A DNA stretch of 62,998 nucleotides, filler included. It is 7 parts of 7 records of this genome, joined end to end, with 100 filler letters (N's around TTAATTAATTAA, not from the genome) between each part and the next. Parts side by side here need not be neighbours in the genome. Positions count along the whole stretch, not along the records: positions 41,043 to 57,661 come from DRR723986_52327; positions 57,762 to 62,998 come from DRR723986_55208; 5 more parts are not named here. One strand, 5' to 3'. Positions within the stretch are counted from its first letter, which is position 1. Each line of letters opens with the position of its first letter. Position numbers and translations under genes: made by a program. Shown in pieces: positions 48,800-59,311 of the stretch. The notes below the pieces were generated by a model. It was not told the DNA's origin, did not search any database, and saw nothing but the letters and a program-made list of their open reading frames with translations.

Positions 48800-49497
48800 G
48801 GACACATGGTAATTTCGACCTGCTGACTACCATAATCAAAAACTTGAAGATCGGGGCTGAAAAACATCCCTAATCCGAGTCCACGGAAAATAAATAGAAG
48901 TCCTATAAGCACACCGAGGTAGGGAATGGCTTTTTGGATTTTTTGCCTTGCTCCAACTGGAACCCAAGATCCTGAAAACATTAATACAAGAAGTAGAGGA
49001 ATCGTACCCATACCGAAGAAAAACATGTAAGTCGCTCCAAGTAGAGGACTTTGGAAGGCCAAAGCTGCTATTAACGCCATGTAGACCATTCCGCATGGAA
49101 GCAAGCCATTAGCTAAACCTGCACCAAAGAAAGCAAATGGGCCTCCAGCTTTCAGAAATCGATTTAGTTGTCTTTTTACCCACATCACTATTCCGGAAAG
49201 TGCTGGGATAGTTAAAAATTGATCGGATTTTTTATATGAAAGTGCCATAATCAGTATTAGGACTCCCATCGCAATTGAGAAGCCTTGCTGTACTCCCGCC
49301 AATGACAAGGAAAATCCTATACTGCCAATAATTAGCCCTAGCAAAGCGTAAGTTATACTTCTGCCAAGGTTATATAGAATCTTATTATAGAAGAATGATT
49401 TGCTCCCACTTCCGCCTACGGCCAAAGCAATTGGCCCACACATTCCCACACAGTGGAATGAGCCCAAAAACCCAAGTATGAAGGCAGTCCAGAGCAT
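48796..49497 (-). CDS. DsbD_2 / TauE-SafE-like membrane protein of cbb3 oxidase clusters
   Basis: SFHCVGMCGP, YNLGR, GLLPCGMVY. Confidence 0.88.
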   Translation of the reverse strand: MLWTAFILGFLGSFHCVGMCGPIALAVGGSGSKSFFYNKILYNLGRSITYALLGLIIGSIGFSLSLAGVQQGFSIAMGVLILIMALSYKKSDQFLTIPALSGIVMWVKRQLNRFLKAGGPFAFFGAGLANGLLPCGMVYMALIAALAFQSPLLGATYMFFFGMGTIPLLLVLMFSGSWVPVGARQKIQKAIPYLGVLIGLLFIFRGLGLGMFFSPDLQVFDYGSQQVEITMCP

Positions 49498-49923
49498 TTA
49501 TAGTGTGATCTTTTTTTCCTGATAATGGTCAATCCCATTTTCAGTCCAGTTGAGCTGAACTTTCCAATAACCAGCTTTAAGTTCTTTCAGAGGGATTTGG
49601 GTAATTCCAGAATGCGTTACTTCAAAGTTCATTTTTTGATCCAAAGAAGAATCAGAAGGACGGAAAAGTTGGAGAAACCCTTTTGTACCATTCGGTAGGT
49701 CAAGTTCTATGACTTTGGATTCCACATCAAAAGAAATCACTTCTCGGTCTAAATCGTCAGCAGATTTAGATTCATCAATCCTGTCTTGGTATTTTATTTC
49801 TTCTTCGTAGTAATTTTCTGTCACCAACTCAATACCATCCATTCGCACAGAGATCACCACCATGGTCAAAATCAGTGCAACAAAGCCTATAATTGTAAGT
49901 ACTATACCCTTTCCCCAATCCAT
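49498..49923 (-). CDS. ccoH: FixH/CcoH family protein
   Basis: MDWGKGI, LVTENYYEEE, RPSD, GYW. Confidence 0.85.
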   Translation of the reverse strand: MDWGKGIVLTIIGFVALILTMVVISVRMDGIELVTENYYEEEIKYQDRIDESKSADDLDREVISFDVESKVIELDLPNGTKGFLQLFRPSDSSLDQKMNFEVTHSGITQIPLKELKAGYWKVQLNWTENGIDHYQEKKITL

Positions 49924-49948
49924 AATTGCATCTGATTAATTTTTAAAC

Positions 49949-51361
49949 TCACTTGATTGGTGCTGTGAAATTCGTCTCAATCTCGTCAATCTTCTCTCCT
50001 TTGTAAAAAAGAGCCAATTCTACTTTTTCTTGATTCACTTTCACCTCATCTTGATTTCTTACCAAAAAGAACCTTCCTTCAAATTTAGATTGTGCATCCA
50101 AAACCAGATGCTGAGCCCCTACAATCTCTACATCCATTCCTTCAGCCAGGGACTTCAACTCGACCTCCTGAGGCTCAAAGGTTTTATTGATCAACGTTAT
50201 TTGATAGAGATTAGTGACCTTTCCATCTTCCCGTTCTTGATAAGTCATCCCCGGAAATCTAGTAATTGTAGCAGAAATATCATCTCGCGTAGCAATTAAG
50301 GAAACGAAAACCGTTAACAGCAAAACCAAAACTACGATATAAGACTTTACTCTTCCAGTCAATAGCTTTTGAAAACCTTGTTTGATACTATTCTCTGATG
50401 CATATCGGATCAAGCCTTTTGGTCGATCTACTTTCACCATTACCTCGTCGCAAGCATCTATGCATGCAGTACAGTTTACACATTCCATCTGTATGCCATT
50501 TCGAATATCTATACCCGTCGGGCAAACCTGTACACAAAGATTACAGTCCACACAATCTCCCTTATCTGCATTCTCGGTAGCATTTTTTCGGATAGGTGCT
50601 CTTGGCTCTCCACGAACATAGTCATACATCACATTGATGGAGTTATTATCCAGCATCACGCCTTGTAGTCTACCATAAGGGCAAACCACCAAACAGGCCT
50701 GCTCTCTAAACCATGTAAAAACAAACATGAAGATGCCAGAGAATGCGATCAAACCTATAAATCCTGCCATATGTGCTGTCGGTGGTGAAGAAACTATTTC
50801 TACCACAGAATCTACCCCAACCAAATATGCCATTACCAAATGGCCGATTAGAAGAGATATAAAAGCAAAGACAGTAATCTTAATTGATTTCTTGACGATC
50901 TTTTCCTGGTTCCAGGGCTGCGCATTCAACGCTCTTTGCTGATTTGCATCTCCCTCAATTAAGTATTCTATTTTACGGAAAACCATTTCCATAAATAGCG
51001 TCTGAGGACAGGCCCAACCACACCATACTCTCCCAAAAGCTACCGTGAAGAGAATGACAAAGACAAAGAATATCAGAAGAAGAAAAATAAGCAAATAGGT
51101 ATCCTGAGGCCAGAATACTGCTCCGAAAATGATGAATTTCCGCTCAAAAATATTGAACAGAAGCCAAGGCCTACCGTCCACTTTAATAAATGGTCCAGCA
51201 AACAAAATTCCCAAGAGTATCCAAGAAAGGTAGGTCCTGTATTTGTAAAAGAACCCTTTTACTTTTTTTGGATAAACCCAATTCCGCTTCCCATCATCCA
51301 AGACAGTTGCTAATGAGTCTCTAAATGTTTCAGGATTTAAATGTGGGTTCTTTTTTGCCAT
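49949..51361 (-). CDS. ccoG: Cytochrome c oxidase accessory protein CcoG/FixG
   Basis: GRVWCGWACPQT, CPYGRLQ, two 4Fe-4S motifs CVDCNLCVQVCP and CVNCTACIDAC. Confidence 0.95.
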   Translation of the reverse strand: MAKKNPHLNPETFRDSLATVLDDGKRNWVYPKKVKGFFYKYRTYLSWILLGILFAGPFIKVDGRPWLLFNIFERKFIIFGAVFWPQDTYLLIFLLLIFFVFVILFTVAFGRVWCGWACPQTLFMEMVFRKIEYLIEGDANQQRALNAQPWNQEKIVKKSIKITVFAFISLLIGHLVMAYLVGVDSVVEIVSSPPTAHMAGFIGLIAFSGIFMFVFTWFREQACLVVCPYGRLQGVMLDNNSINVMYDYVRGEPRAPIRKNATENADKGDCVDCNLCVQVCPTGIDIRNGIQMECVNCTACIDACDEVMVKVDRPKGLIRYASENSIKQGFQKLLTGRVKSYIVVLVLLLTVFVSLIATRDDISATITRFPGMTYQEREDGKVTNLYQITLINKTFEPQEVELKSLAEGMDVEIVGAQHLVLDAQSKFEGRFFLVRNQDEVKVNQEKVELALFYKGEKIDEIETNFTAPIK

Positions 51362-51377
51362 GATCGTAGGCTGATTA

Positions 51378-51405
51378 CTACCGGGAATCGGCTGACTCCC
51401 GGTAG
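51378..51405 (-). terminator. Intra-operon hairpin between ccoP and ccoG
   Basis: CTACCGGGA...TCCCGGTAG 9-bp stem, no U-tract. Confidence 0.55.
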
Positions 51406-51412
51406 GATTAAT

Positions 51413-52345
51413 TTATTCAGCTATCGCTGTGGTATCTCTCGCAACTGAAGTGGTATCTGCAGGAGCAACAGATTCCATAGCTGGTTCTCCAGAAACCCTT
51501 TCATACAATTCTCCTTGTGGATCCTTTGGAGCAGCAGGAGTAGTGCCTTGAAGACTTAAAATAAAGCTTGCTACTTCCTGAATTTCCTTAGGGTTAAGCT
51601 GATCTTCCCAAGGCACCATGCCTTTAGAAATGACACCATATTTTATTACGGAGAATAGATCTTTGATATCCCCGCCGTGCAGCCAATATGAATCCGTAAG
51701 ATTCGGTCCTACGCCTCCTCCACCATCCGCAGCATGACAAGCAGCGCAGTTCGCTTGAAAAATAGTATTTCCCGTAGACAAAGCTGCTTCAGAATTATCA
51801 AGCGTCACATTGGTTTCATCAAGCGATGCAAGCGCACTCTCGCCTCTAGCTGCAGCTTCTATCGCTGCTATCCTTACTTCTTCCTGATATTCCTCAATAC
51901 CAGTCTTACCATAACCGAGCACCGTATAGAACCCGAAGTAACCTACAGCGATCAAGATAGTACCAAAAAAGACATATTGAAGCCAGGGAGGCATAAAGTT
52001 GTCAAGCTCCTGAATACCATCATACGAATGGTCTGTCATTAACTTATCTTTTGTTTGTTCCTCTTGCACATCACCTGTGACAAACTTTAACTTAAATGAT
52101 TCCCACCAGCTCGGTTCTTCTGCTAGTTCAGGGTTTTCTTTTTGGAAAACGGTAGAAATAAACGACATCAGATATATCATCAGAACCAGGAGCAAAATAA
52201 TTACTCCTATAATGATTCCAATAATTATCAATAGAGTCATTTGATTGGAGTCCATGGCTGTCAATCCCCCTGACACTTCCTGCGCCAAAACTGGAGTAGA
52301 AACCAAAAGACCATTGAATGCAAATAGGGTTAGTAATTTTTTCAT
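51413..52345 (-). CDS. ccoP: cbb3-type cytochrome c oxidase subunit III (mono-haem)
   Basis: HSYDGIQELDN.MPPW, CAACH, GPNLTD. Confidence 0.93.
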   Translation of the reverse strand: MKKLLTLFAFNGLLVSTPVLAQEVSGGLTAMDSNQMTLLIIIGIIIGVIILLLVLMIYLMSFISTVFQKENPELAEEPSWWESFKLKFVTGDVQEEQTKDKLMTDHSYDGIQELDNFMPPWLQYVFFGTILIAVGYFGFYTVLGYGKTGIEEYQEEVRIAAIEAAARGESALASLDETNVTLDNSEAALSTGNTIFQANCAACHAADGGGGVGPNLTDSYWLHGGDIKDLFSVIKYGVISKGMVPWEDQLNPKEIQEVASFILSLQGTTPAAPKDPQGELYERVSGEPAMESVAPADTTSVARDTTAIAE

Positions 52346-52527
52346 GGCTGTTTGTCGGTTAATTCGTTATCATCATCCATTGGTAAAGAACTCATATGGT
52401 CTATTACATCTTTTGGAACACGCATGGTCCAAATGGTAATCCCTATAAAAAACAGAACAAATATCACCAGAGAAACCACCGGGAATACTTCCACATTTTC
52501 GATCGATCTTAATACTTCTTTGTACAT
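52342..52527 (-). CDS. ccoQ: cbb3-type oxidase subunit CcoQ
   Basis: 61 aa, single TM, ...MSSLP; lies between ccoO and ccoP. Confidence 0.85.
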   Translation of the reverse strand: MYKEVLRSIENVEVFPVVSLVIFVLFFIGITIWTMRVPKDVIDHMSSLPMDDDNELTDKQP

Positions 52528-52536
52528 GATTTCCGA

Positions 52537-54663
52537 CTAGTTAGATGATGAAACTTTGATATCTGTCCCCAATCGCTGCAGATATGCAATCAATGCCACA
52601 ATTTCAGTATTTGGCATTACTGCCACTCCTGCATCTTCCAGATTTATAGCGATTTTAGCAGCCTGTGCTTCTAGGTCTTCAACTGCTTTTTGATCATACC
52701 CCTCAGGATAAGGAACGCCAAGTTTCTGCATCGTTCTGATCTTTGCAGGCAAATCTGAATAATCTAGCTCATTGGTTTTCAACCATGGATATGGAGGCAT
52801 TAACGATCCAGGAGACATACTTCGAGGATCTTCCATATGGAAATAATGCCAACTATCTGGGTATTTACCTCCTACACGATGAAGATCTGGACCTGTGCGC
52901 TTAGATCCCCAAAGAAATGGTCGATCATATACAAATTCACCCGCTTTAGAATACTCGCCATAGCGTTCAGTTTCAAACCTAAATGGTCGAATCATCTGGG
53001 AGTGGCAGCCCACACATCCATTGTTGATATAAATATCTCTGCCTTCTAGCTCCAGAGCAGTATAAGGCTTTACCGAACTGATAGTCGGTATATTTGATTT
53101 TACTAAAATAGTAGGAACAATCTCCACTACGCCACCAATCAAAATAGCAACGGTAGCTAATATGGCAAAGAAAATTGGCTTTCTCTCCCATGCTCTGTGC
53201 CAAAACTCTCCCACTGGCTTATACGATTTAGAAAGTGCAGGTGCTGAGTCTTCTTCAGTCGCTACAAACGTACCTTGCTGAGCAGTTTTAAACATGTTAT
53301 AGCCCATAAGAATTGCTCCACTCACATAGAGTAACCCTCCAAATGCCCGAAGCATATACATTGGCACTAATTCTACTACTGTTTGAAGGAAATTACCATA
53401 AGCCAGTTTACCCATCTCATCAAATTCCCTCAACATTAAGAATTGAGTCAAAGCAGCCACATACATTGGTAAGGCATAGAAAATGATTCCCAAAACGCCA
53501 AGCCAGAAGTGTGTGTTGGCCAACTTAGTGGAATAAATGGTCGTCTTAAATAATCTAGGCCACATCCAGTAGAGCATACCGAAAGTCAGGAACCCATTCC
53601 AACCCAAACCTCCGACGTGAACATGTGCAACTATCCAATCAGTATAGTGAGCTATCGCACTTACATTTTTAAAGGAAAGCATTGGTCCCTCAAAAGTTGC
53701 CATACCATAGGCGGTGATGGCTACCACCATAAATTTCAGGACGGGATCATTTGTCACTTTATCCCAAGCACCTCTTAAAGTCAACAGGCCATTTACCATA
53801 CCTCCCCAAGACGGAGCCAAAAGCATCACGGAAAACACAGTTCCTAGTACTTGTGCCCACTCAGGAAGAGAGGTGTAGAGCAAGTGGTGAGGACCTGCCC
53901 ACATGTATAGGAAAATCAGAGACCAAAAGTGAATGATTGAAAGTTTATAAGAGTAAACAGGTCTATTTGCAGCCTTTGGTAAGAAATAATACATCAAACC
54001 AAGGAATGGTGTAGTAAGGAAAAATGCTACAGCATTGTGACCATACCACCATTGCACCAACGCGTCCTGCACACCTGCATAGGCAGAATAACTTTTAAAT
54101 AACGTTACCGGCAACGCTAATGAGTTCACGATATGTAAGACAGCTACTGTAATGAATGATGCCAAATAAAACCAGATTGCGACGTACATATGACGCTCTC
54201 TACGTTTAAGAATCGTACCTATCATATTGGCTCCAAAAGCTACCCAAACAATAGCTATTGCAATATCGATAGGCCATTCTAGTTCTGCATATTCTTTAGA
54301 CGAAGTCAGCCCTAAAGGCAAAGTAAGGACAGCCGAAAGAATAATTATTTGCCAACCATAGAAGTGAAACCAGCTGAGTGATTTCTTCCACATAGGAGCT
54401 TTCAGCAACCTAGGCATGGAATAATACACCCCTGCAAAAATTGCATTCCCAACAAAAGCGAAAATTACCGCATTGGTGTGTAGTGGGCGAATTCGCCCAA
54501 AAGTAGTATAGGGATTGCCTAAATTAGCTTCTGGCAAGAATAACTGAGTGGCCGCAAGAACGCCGACTAGCATCCCTATTACGCCCCAGATAATTGTGGC
54601 AGCTCCAAAATATTTAACAATCTTATTGTCATATTGAAACCTCTCCAGCATAGTGTCATTCAT
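52537..54663 (-). CDS. ccoN: Fused cbb3-type cytochrome c oxidase subunits I/II (CcoN-CcoO)
   Basis: RPLHTN, WWYGHNAV, GPHH, AHVH; CcoO part CVGCHSQMIRP, WGSKRTGPDL; likely start MNDT at 54663. Confidence 0.96.
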   Translation of the reverse strand: MNDTMLERFQYDNKIVKYFGAATIIWGVIGMLVGVLAATQLFLPEANLGNPYTTFGRIRPLHTNAVIFAFVGNAIFAGVYYSMPRLLKAPMWKKSLSWFHFYGWQIIILSAVLTLPLGLTSSKEYAELEWPIDIAIAIVWVAFGANMIGTILKRRERHMYVAIWFYLASFITVAVLHIVNSLALPVTLFKSYSAYAGVQDALVQWWYGHNAVAFFLTTPFLGLMYYFLPKAANRPVYSYKLSIIHFWSLIFLYMWAGPHHLLYTSLPEWAQVLGTVFSVMLLAPSWGGMVNGLLTLRGAWDKVTNDPVLKFMVVAITAYGMATFEGPMLSFKNVSAIAHYTDWIVAHVHVGGLGWNGFLTFGMLYWMWPRLFKTTIYSTKLANTHFWLGVLGIIFYALPMYVAALTQFLMLREFDEMGKLAYGNFLQTVVELVPMYMLRAFGGLLYVSGAILMGYNMFKTAQQGTFVATEEDSAPALSKSYKPVGEFWHRAWERKPIFFAILATVAILIGGVVEIVPTILVKSNIPTISSVKPYTALELEGRDIYINNGCVGCHSQMIRPFRFETERYGEYSKAGEFVYDRPFLWGSKRTGPDLHRVGGKYPDSWHYFHMEDPRSMSPGSLMPPYPWLKTNELDYSDLPAKIRTMQKLGVPYPEGYDQKAVEDLEAQAAKIAINLEDAGVAVMPNTEIVALIAYLQRLGTDIKVSSSN

Positions 54664-54844
54664 AGGAATCGGGTTTTGATGGTTGATCTTTATTTGTTTT
54701 TTTCGATTTGTTATCAAAGAGTATTCTTATTGAAGGAGTATAATTATCATCAAATTGGCCGTCTTTCATTGCCTTGAAAAAAAGGAAAAGAAAACTGCTT
54801 GCTAATAACAGACTGATTGCGATTAATAGAAAAATAACCTCCAT
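54656..54844 (-). CDS. ccoS: cbb3 oxidase assembly protein CcoS
   Basis: MEVIFLLIAISL...GQFDD...RIL. Confidence 0.92.
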   Translation of the reverse strand: MEVIFLLIAISLLLASSFLFLFFKAMKDGQFDDNYTPSIRILFDNKSKKTNKDQPSKPDSYE

Positions 54845-54845
54845 G

Positions 54846-57272
54846 CTAAAATGGTTTTGAAGTTAACAATCCCCTTTTCCAGGCAACAAAATTGGTGGTC
54901 AACGTCGTAAAAACAACCACAGAAATACTACTCAAGGGCATCAAAATAGCACAAATTACAGGGCTCAACAGTCCTTGCACAGCAAGCCCTAGCCCAACTA
55001 AGTTGTACAATAGACTTAACACAAAGCTGGCTTTTATTATGAGTCTGCTGGATTTCGCAAAACTCAAAAAGCCTGGGATTTTCCCAAAAACAGCTGAATC
55101 CATGATCGCATCACTGGCTGGAGAAAAGTGAGAAACACGATCTGACAATGCCACACCTACCTCACTCTCCTGCAACGCTCCTGCATCATTTAACCCGTCG
55201 CCCAGCATAAGTGTGCAGTGAGAACGATTTAGAGCCCGTAGATAATGAAGCTTATCCGTTGGGCTTTGCTTGAAATTATAGTTAATCTCTCGACCAAGCT
55301 TTTCCTCCAAGTAAGTTTGCTCATGAGGATAATCCCCTGATAATACATGAAGATCATAATCATCCTTAAGTTGATTGACGACTTCTCCTGCCTTTTCTCT
55401 TAGCCCAGATTCAATTTGGAAATAACCTAGTTCTTGTCCTTCAACAGTTAAGTAAACTACATTACCTTTTTGACTATCGATTTTATTTGTGTAGCCCGTA
55501 AACTCAGCTGAACCCAGTCTAAAATATTGATTCTTGAAAATAGCTTCAATTCCCGCCCCCTTGACTTCGATAACCTTCTCAAGGGGTAATCCAGTTTGAT
55601 TACCTAACCAACTATTGATTCTATTGCTGAGTGGATGAGAAGAACGCTCCACCATTGCTTTCAATATACTTCTACTGTCTTCAGACAGTGGCTCACCCAT
55701 ATAATTTATGTTTGCATTCGCTGGATCAGTAAGTGTCCCTGTTTTATCAAAAACTACAGTATCGATCAAAGCAAGTCGCTCAACTACAGCAGCATTTTTT
55801 AAATAAAATTTACTTTTACCAAAAATTCTTAGCGTATTTCCTAAAGTGAAAGGCGTAGACATAGCCAGAGCACATGGACAAGCCACTATTAGCACTGAAG
55901 CAAAAACTTTGATGGCTGTGGAAAAGTCAATAAACGACCAATAGGTAAAAGCTAAAGATGCGATCAACAGAACAGACCATGTAAATACCGAGCTGATTTT
56001 GTTTGATAAAGGCTCCAGTAGTTTCTTGTTACCTTTCTCAAAAGACTCATTATTCCACAAATCGGTTAGATATCCTTGAGAAGGCAACTTTTGTACGGTT
56101 AATAAAATGGCATCTCCCTTTTGACGTCCACCAGCATAAACCAATTCACCTTTTTGCTTTGGAACAGGAACTTCTTCCCCAGTCACAAAGCTAAAATCTA
56201 TATTGGCTTTAGTACTTAATAAAAGTGCATCCGCTGGAATCAACTCTTCATCCCTAACCAAAATCACATCACCTACTTTCAGGCTGGACAACGGAATAAC
56301 GTTTTCTTGATCCTTAACTATTCTGGTAACTGCTATTGGAAAATAAGACTTGTAATCCCTGTCAAATTCCAGTGTTGAAAAAGTCTTTTGTTGGTAGATC
56401 TTCCCCAGTAATAAAAAGAACAATAGTCCACCAAGGCTATCCATATAGCCTGATTGTTGAAAAGCGAATATTTCCCAAAGAGAATAAACAAATAGCGAAA
56501 TAATCCCAAGTACAATTGGGACGTCCATATTGATCTGCTTTTGCTTAATCGAATTCCATGCAGATAGGTAGTAGTCACTTGCGGAGTAAATAACGACTGG
56601 AATAGCAAGAATTACATTTAGATAGCTAAAAAGCCCTCGAAAAGAAGAGTCGATCAATTCAGCTTCAGAAAAATATTCAGGTATGCTAAAAAGCATCATA
56701 TTTCCAAAGCAAAACCCGGCAACTGCAAGACGTTGAATTAGGCGCTTGTCGATTCCTAATTTTGATTTTTCATCAAGGTTAGAAAGGTTAATTCTAGGCT
56801 CATATCCTATCGTAGAGAGGAGACTTACTAGCTCTTTGATAGAAACCTTATTATGAAGAATTTTAATCTGAACCTTCTTTTTAATAAAATCAACTCGACT
56901 ATAAAAAACACCTGAATTGATTTGATTTAGATTTTCCAGAAGCCAAATGCATGATGCGCAATGGATAGCCGGGATGTTAAAAGTGATATGACTTTCAGTT
57001 TGATTACAGAAGTCAAGGAGATGGTTCGCAGTTTCCTGATCATCAAGGTAATCAAACCGATTGGATTGAAGTTTCTTGCTCTTCTGGCTTTCTCCAGGAT
57101 GACTTTCAATATCATAATAAGAACAAAGATCATTCTCAGATAGTACTTCGTAAACCAACTTACAACCCTGGCAACAAAAGTTTCTTTCCTGCGAAACAAT
57201 CACCATGTCATTGCAATCTTCACCGCAGTGAAAACATGTCATTGTACTTGTTGGAAATTTATCCACAATCAT
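54846..57272 (-). CDS. ccoI: Heavy-metal (Cu) P1B-type ATPase CcoI/FixI
   Basis: CFHCG, FCCQGC, HCASC, TGE, CPC, DKTGT, GDGLND, YN. Confidence 0.93.
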   Translation of the reverse strand: MIVDKFPTSTMTCFHCGEDCNDMVIVSQERNFCCQGCKLVYEVLSENDLCSYYDIESHPGESQKSKKLQSNRFDYLDDQETANHLLDFCNQTESHITFNIPAIHCASCIWLLENLNQINSGVFYSRVDFIKKKVQIKILHNKVSIKELVSLLSTIGYEPRINLSNLDEKSKLGIDKRLIQRLAVAGFCFGNMMLFSIPEYFSEAELIDSSFRGLFSYLNVILAIPVVIYSASDYYLSAWNSIKQKQINMDVPIVLGIISLFVYSLWEIFAFQQSGYMDSLGGLLFFLLLGKIYQQKTFSTLEFDRDYKSYFPIAVTRIVKDQENVIPLSSLKVGDVILVRDEELIPADALLLSTKANIDFSFVTGEEVPVPKQKGELVYAGGRQKGDAILLTVQKLPSQGYLTDLWNNESFEKGNKKLLEPLSNKISSVFTWSVLLIASLAFTYWSFIDFSTAIKVFASVLIVACPCALAMSTPFTLGNTLRIFGKSKFYLKNAAVVERLALIDTVVFDKTGTLTDPANANINYMGEPLSEDSRSILKAMVERSSHPLSNRINSWLGNQTGLPLEKVIEVKGAGIEAIFKNQYFRLGSAEFTGYTNKIDSQKGNVVYLTVEGQELGYFQIESGLREKAGEVVNQLKDDYDLHVLSGDYPHEQTYLEEKLGREINYNFKQSPTDKLHYLRALNRSHCTLMLGDGLNDAGALQESEVGVALSDRVSHFSPASDAIMDSAVFGKIPGFLSFAKSSRLIIKASFVLSLLYNLVGLGLAVQGLLSPVICAILMPLSSISVVVFTTLTTNFVAWKRGLLTSKPF

Positions 57273-57428
57273 TGCTATCGATCTTAAAAGTTATTCAAAC
57301 AAACATCCTAATTCATCTATCCTTGCTAAGCAATAACACATAAACTAATTGAATGCCTTTCAAACCTATTATGTCACGAAAGTATAGTATTGAAAAAGCA
57401 CTATTCCTGAGGAAAAGCAAGGAAAAAT

Positions 57429-57442
57429 ATGACATAAGTCAT
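57429..57442. promoter_or_regulatory. Crp/Fnr-family-like site upstream of the cco operon
   Basis: ATGAC-ATAA-GTCAT perfect palindrome. Confidence 0.55.
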
Positions 57443-57661
57443 CTTCTAAACTATTGTTGACTTACTATACGTTATGAAAAAATACAAATAAAAAGAATGA
57501 TAACCATTACAAAGAGGAGTAATGTGCCAAGCATTTACGAACGCGTCTTTAAACTTTAGAAAATTAGGGCCAGTATAAATACTTTCTGTTAAAGATTGAG
57601 GGAGGTTTGTTCGGGTAAACAGGATAGGCATAAACGCAAAAAAGCCAGCTGTTTAAAGCTG

Positions 57662-57761
57662 NNNNNNNNNNNNNNNNNNNNNNNNNNNNNNNNNNNNNNN
57701 NNNNNTTAATTAATTAANNNNNNNNNNNNNNNNNNNNNNNNNNNNNNNNNNNNNNNNNNNN
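57662..57761. other. Artificial contig linker
   Basis: N44-TTAATTAATTAA-N44. Confidence 0.98.
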
Positions 57762-58095
57762 CGAATGGGTCAAGAACCTCAGCCACATCCGCTTTGGCCG
57801 GATGCAACGGCGCCAAGAAGAGGCGCGTCACCAATTGGTCGTGGACGAATTGGAACGCTTGTCCTCGGACAGCGGCATCGGCTGGCAGCTGAGCCCCAAT
57901 TTCAAAGAGCAATATCTGCGCGGTGCGGGTGAGTTGGAATTGGTGCGATCCGGTCTCGATGACACGATGTCGACGGCCTATGATTCCATGGCGGCGGTCT
58001 GGCATGGGCGCGATGATGTCGATGATCTGCGTACAGCGGCCTATCTGGTGTCGATCGACAAGGTTGCCGCCAGCTACCGCGCCAAAGGGCTGTGA
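57762..58095 (+). CDS. Glu/Leu/Phe/Val dehydrogenase, C-terminal fragment
   Basis: EWVKNLSHIRFGRM, ELVRSGLDDTM, DLRTAAY. Confidence 0.88.
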
Positions 58096-58228
58096 CCCTG
58101 TAAAGACTGGGGCAGGGCGTACAATCGCGCCCTGCCACCTCAAACCATTTTCCCAACAGATCGCATTTTCTGGAATAGCTGCCCGATCAGAGGCGGACAG
58201 CCTGCAAACCTGCGCGTAAGGTGCGGCC

Positions 58229-59311
58229 ATGATGTTTGATCTGCCAGATGAAAACGCGCTTTATGCAGCGTTGATTAACCGCGACGCGGATTTTGATGGC
58301 CGCGCCTATGTCGGTGTCACCTCGACCGGCGTCTTTTGCCGGTTGACCTGTCCGGCCCGCAAACCCAAGCGAGAAAACTGCCGTTTCTTTGAAACTGTCG
58401 CCGCCTGTGTCGAGGCCGGGTTCAGGCCATGCAAACGCTGCCATCCCATCGGCACGGCGGCGGAGGCGGACCCGATGGTCGTGCAATTGATGCAGGCCTT
58501 GCAAGCCGATCCCGCCCGCCGCTGGGGCGAGGCGGAGGTACAGGCGCTCGGCCTTGACCCGTCCACCGTGCGCCGCAGTTTCAAACGGCATTTCGGTATG
58601 ACCTTTCTGGAACTCGCGCGGCTCACGCGGCTGCGCACCGGGGCTGCGGGCCTGCCCGGCGGCGCGCGGGTGATCGATGCACAGCTTGAGGCCGGATATG
58701 ACAGCCCCGCGGCATTCCGCAGTGCCTTTGCCCGCTGGATGGGGATGCCGCCCGGACGTTTTGCCAAGGATGCCATGCTGCGCGCCGATTGGATCGACAC
58801 CAAGCTGGGCGTGATGATTGCGGTCAGTGACGCCCATGCGCTGCACCTTCTGGAATTTGCCGAACGCCGTGCTTTGCCGGGTGAACTTAAGAAACTCTAT
58901 ACCATGTCCAAGGGCAGTCTTGGCTTTGGCCGTTTTGCCCCCACCGATCAGATCGAAGCAGAGCTGGAGGCGTTTTTTGATCTGCGCTGCGCCCGTTTTA
59001 AAACGCCGCTGGCCCCGCTCGGCACGCCGTTCTCGCAACAGGTCTGGCAAGCGCTGCGCGAGATCCCCGCAGGCCAGACCCGCTGCTATTCCGATCTGGC
59101 CCGCGCCATGGGCCGCCCCGATGCCACCCGCGCCGTGGCCCGCGCCAATGGCGCCAATCCGATTGCCATTGCCATCCCTTGCCACCGGATACTGGGGGCG
59201 GATGGGGCGCTCACCGGATATGGCGGCGGGCTGTGGCGCAAACAGGCGTTGATCGATCTGGAACGCCAATTTGGCACAGACACCCCGCAGAAAAGGACAA
59301 TCCAATGGTAA
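58229..59311 (+). CDS. ada: Bifunctional Ada regulator / methyltransferase
   Basis: TGVFCRLTC, RPCKRC Zn site, AraC HTH, PCHR. Confidence 0.94.
   Translation: MMFDLPDENALYAALINRDADFDGRAYVGVTSTGVFCRLTCPARKPKRENCRFFETVAACVEAGFRPCKRCHPIGTAAEADPMVVQLMQALQADPARRWGEAEVQALGLDPSTVRRSFKRHFGMTFLELARLTRLRTGAAGLPGGARVIDAQLEAGYDSPAAFRSAFARWMGMPPGRFAKDAMLRADWIDTKLGVMIAVSDAHALHLLEFAERRALPGELKKLYTMSKGSLGFGRFAPTDQIEAELEAFFDLRCARFKTPLAPLGTPFSQQVWQALREIPAGQTRCYSDLARAMGRPDATRAVARANGANPIAIAIPCHRILGADGALTGYGGGLWRKQALIDLERQFGTDTPQKRTIQW

Noticed and set aside
52537-54663. CcoN-CcoO fusion as a novelty
   Set aside because: This fusion is the usual arrangement in Bacteroidota cbb3 oxidases.
15118-57761. Six identical N44-TTAATTAATTAA-N44 blocks resembling a repeat family
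   Set aside because: Artificial linkers; composition and taxonomy change at each one, so cross-linker gene neighbourhoods (for example integron next to blaR) are meaningless.
13382-59311. Two ada genes and two DUF58/vWA modules suggesting a themed island
   Set aside because: They lie on different contigs, and the two ada genes come from different phyla; this is a coincidence of concatenation.
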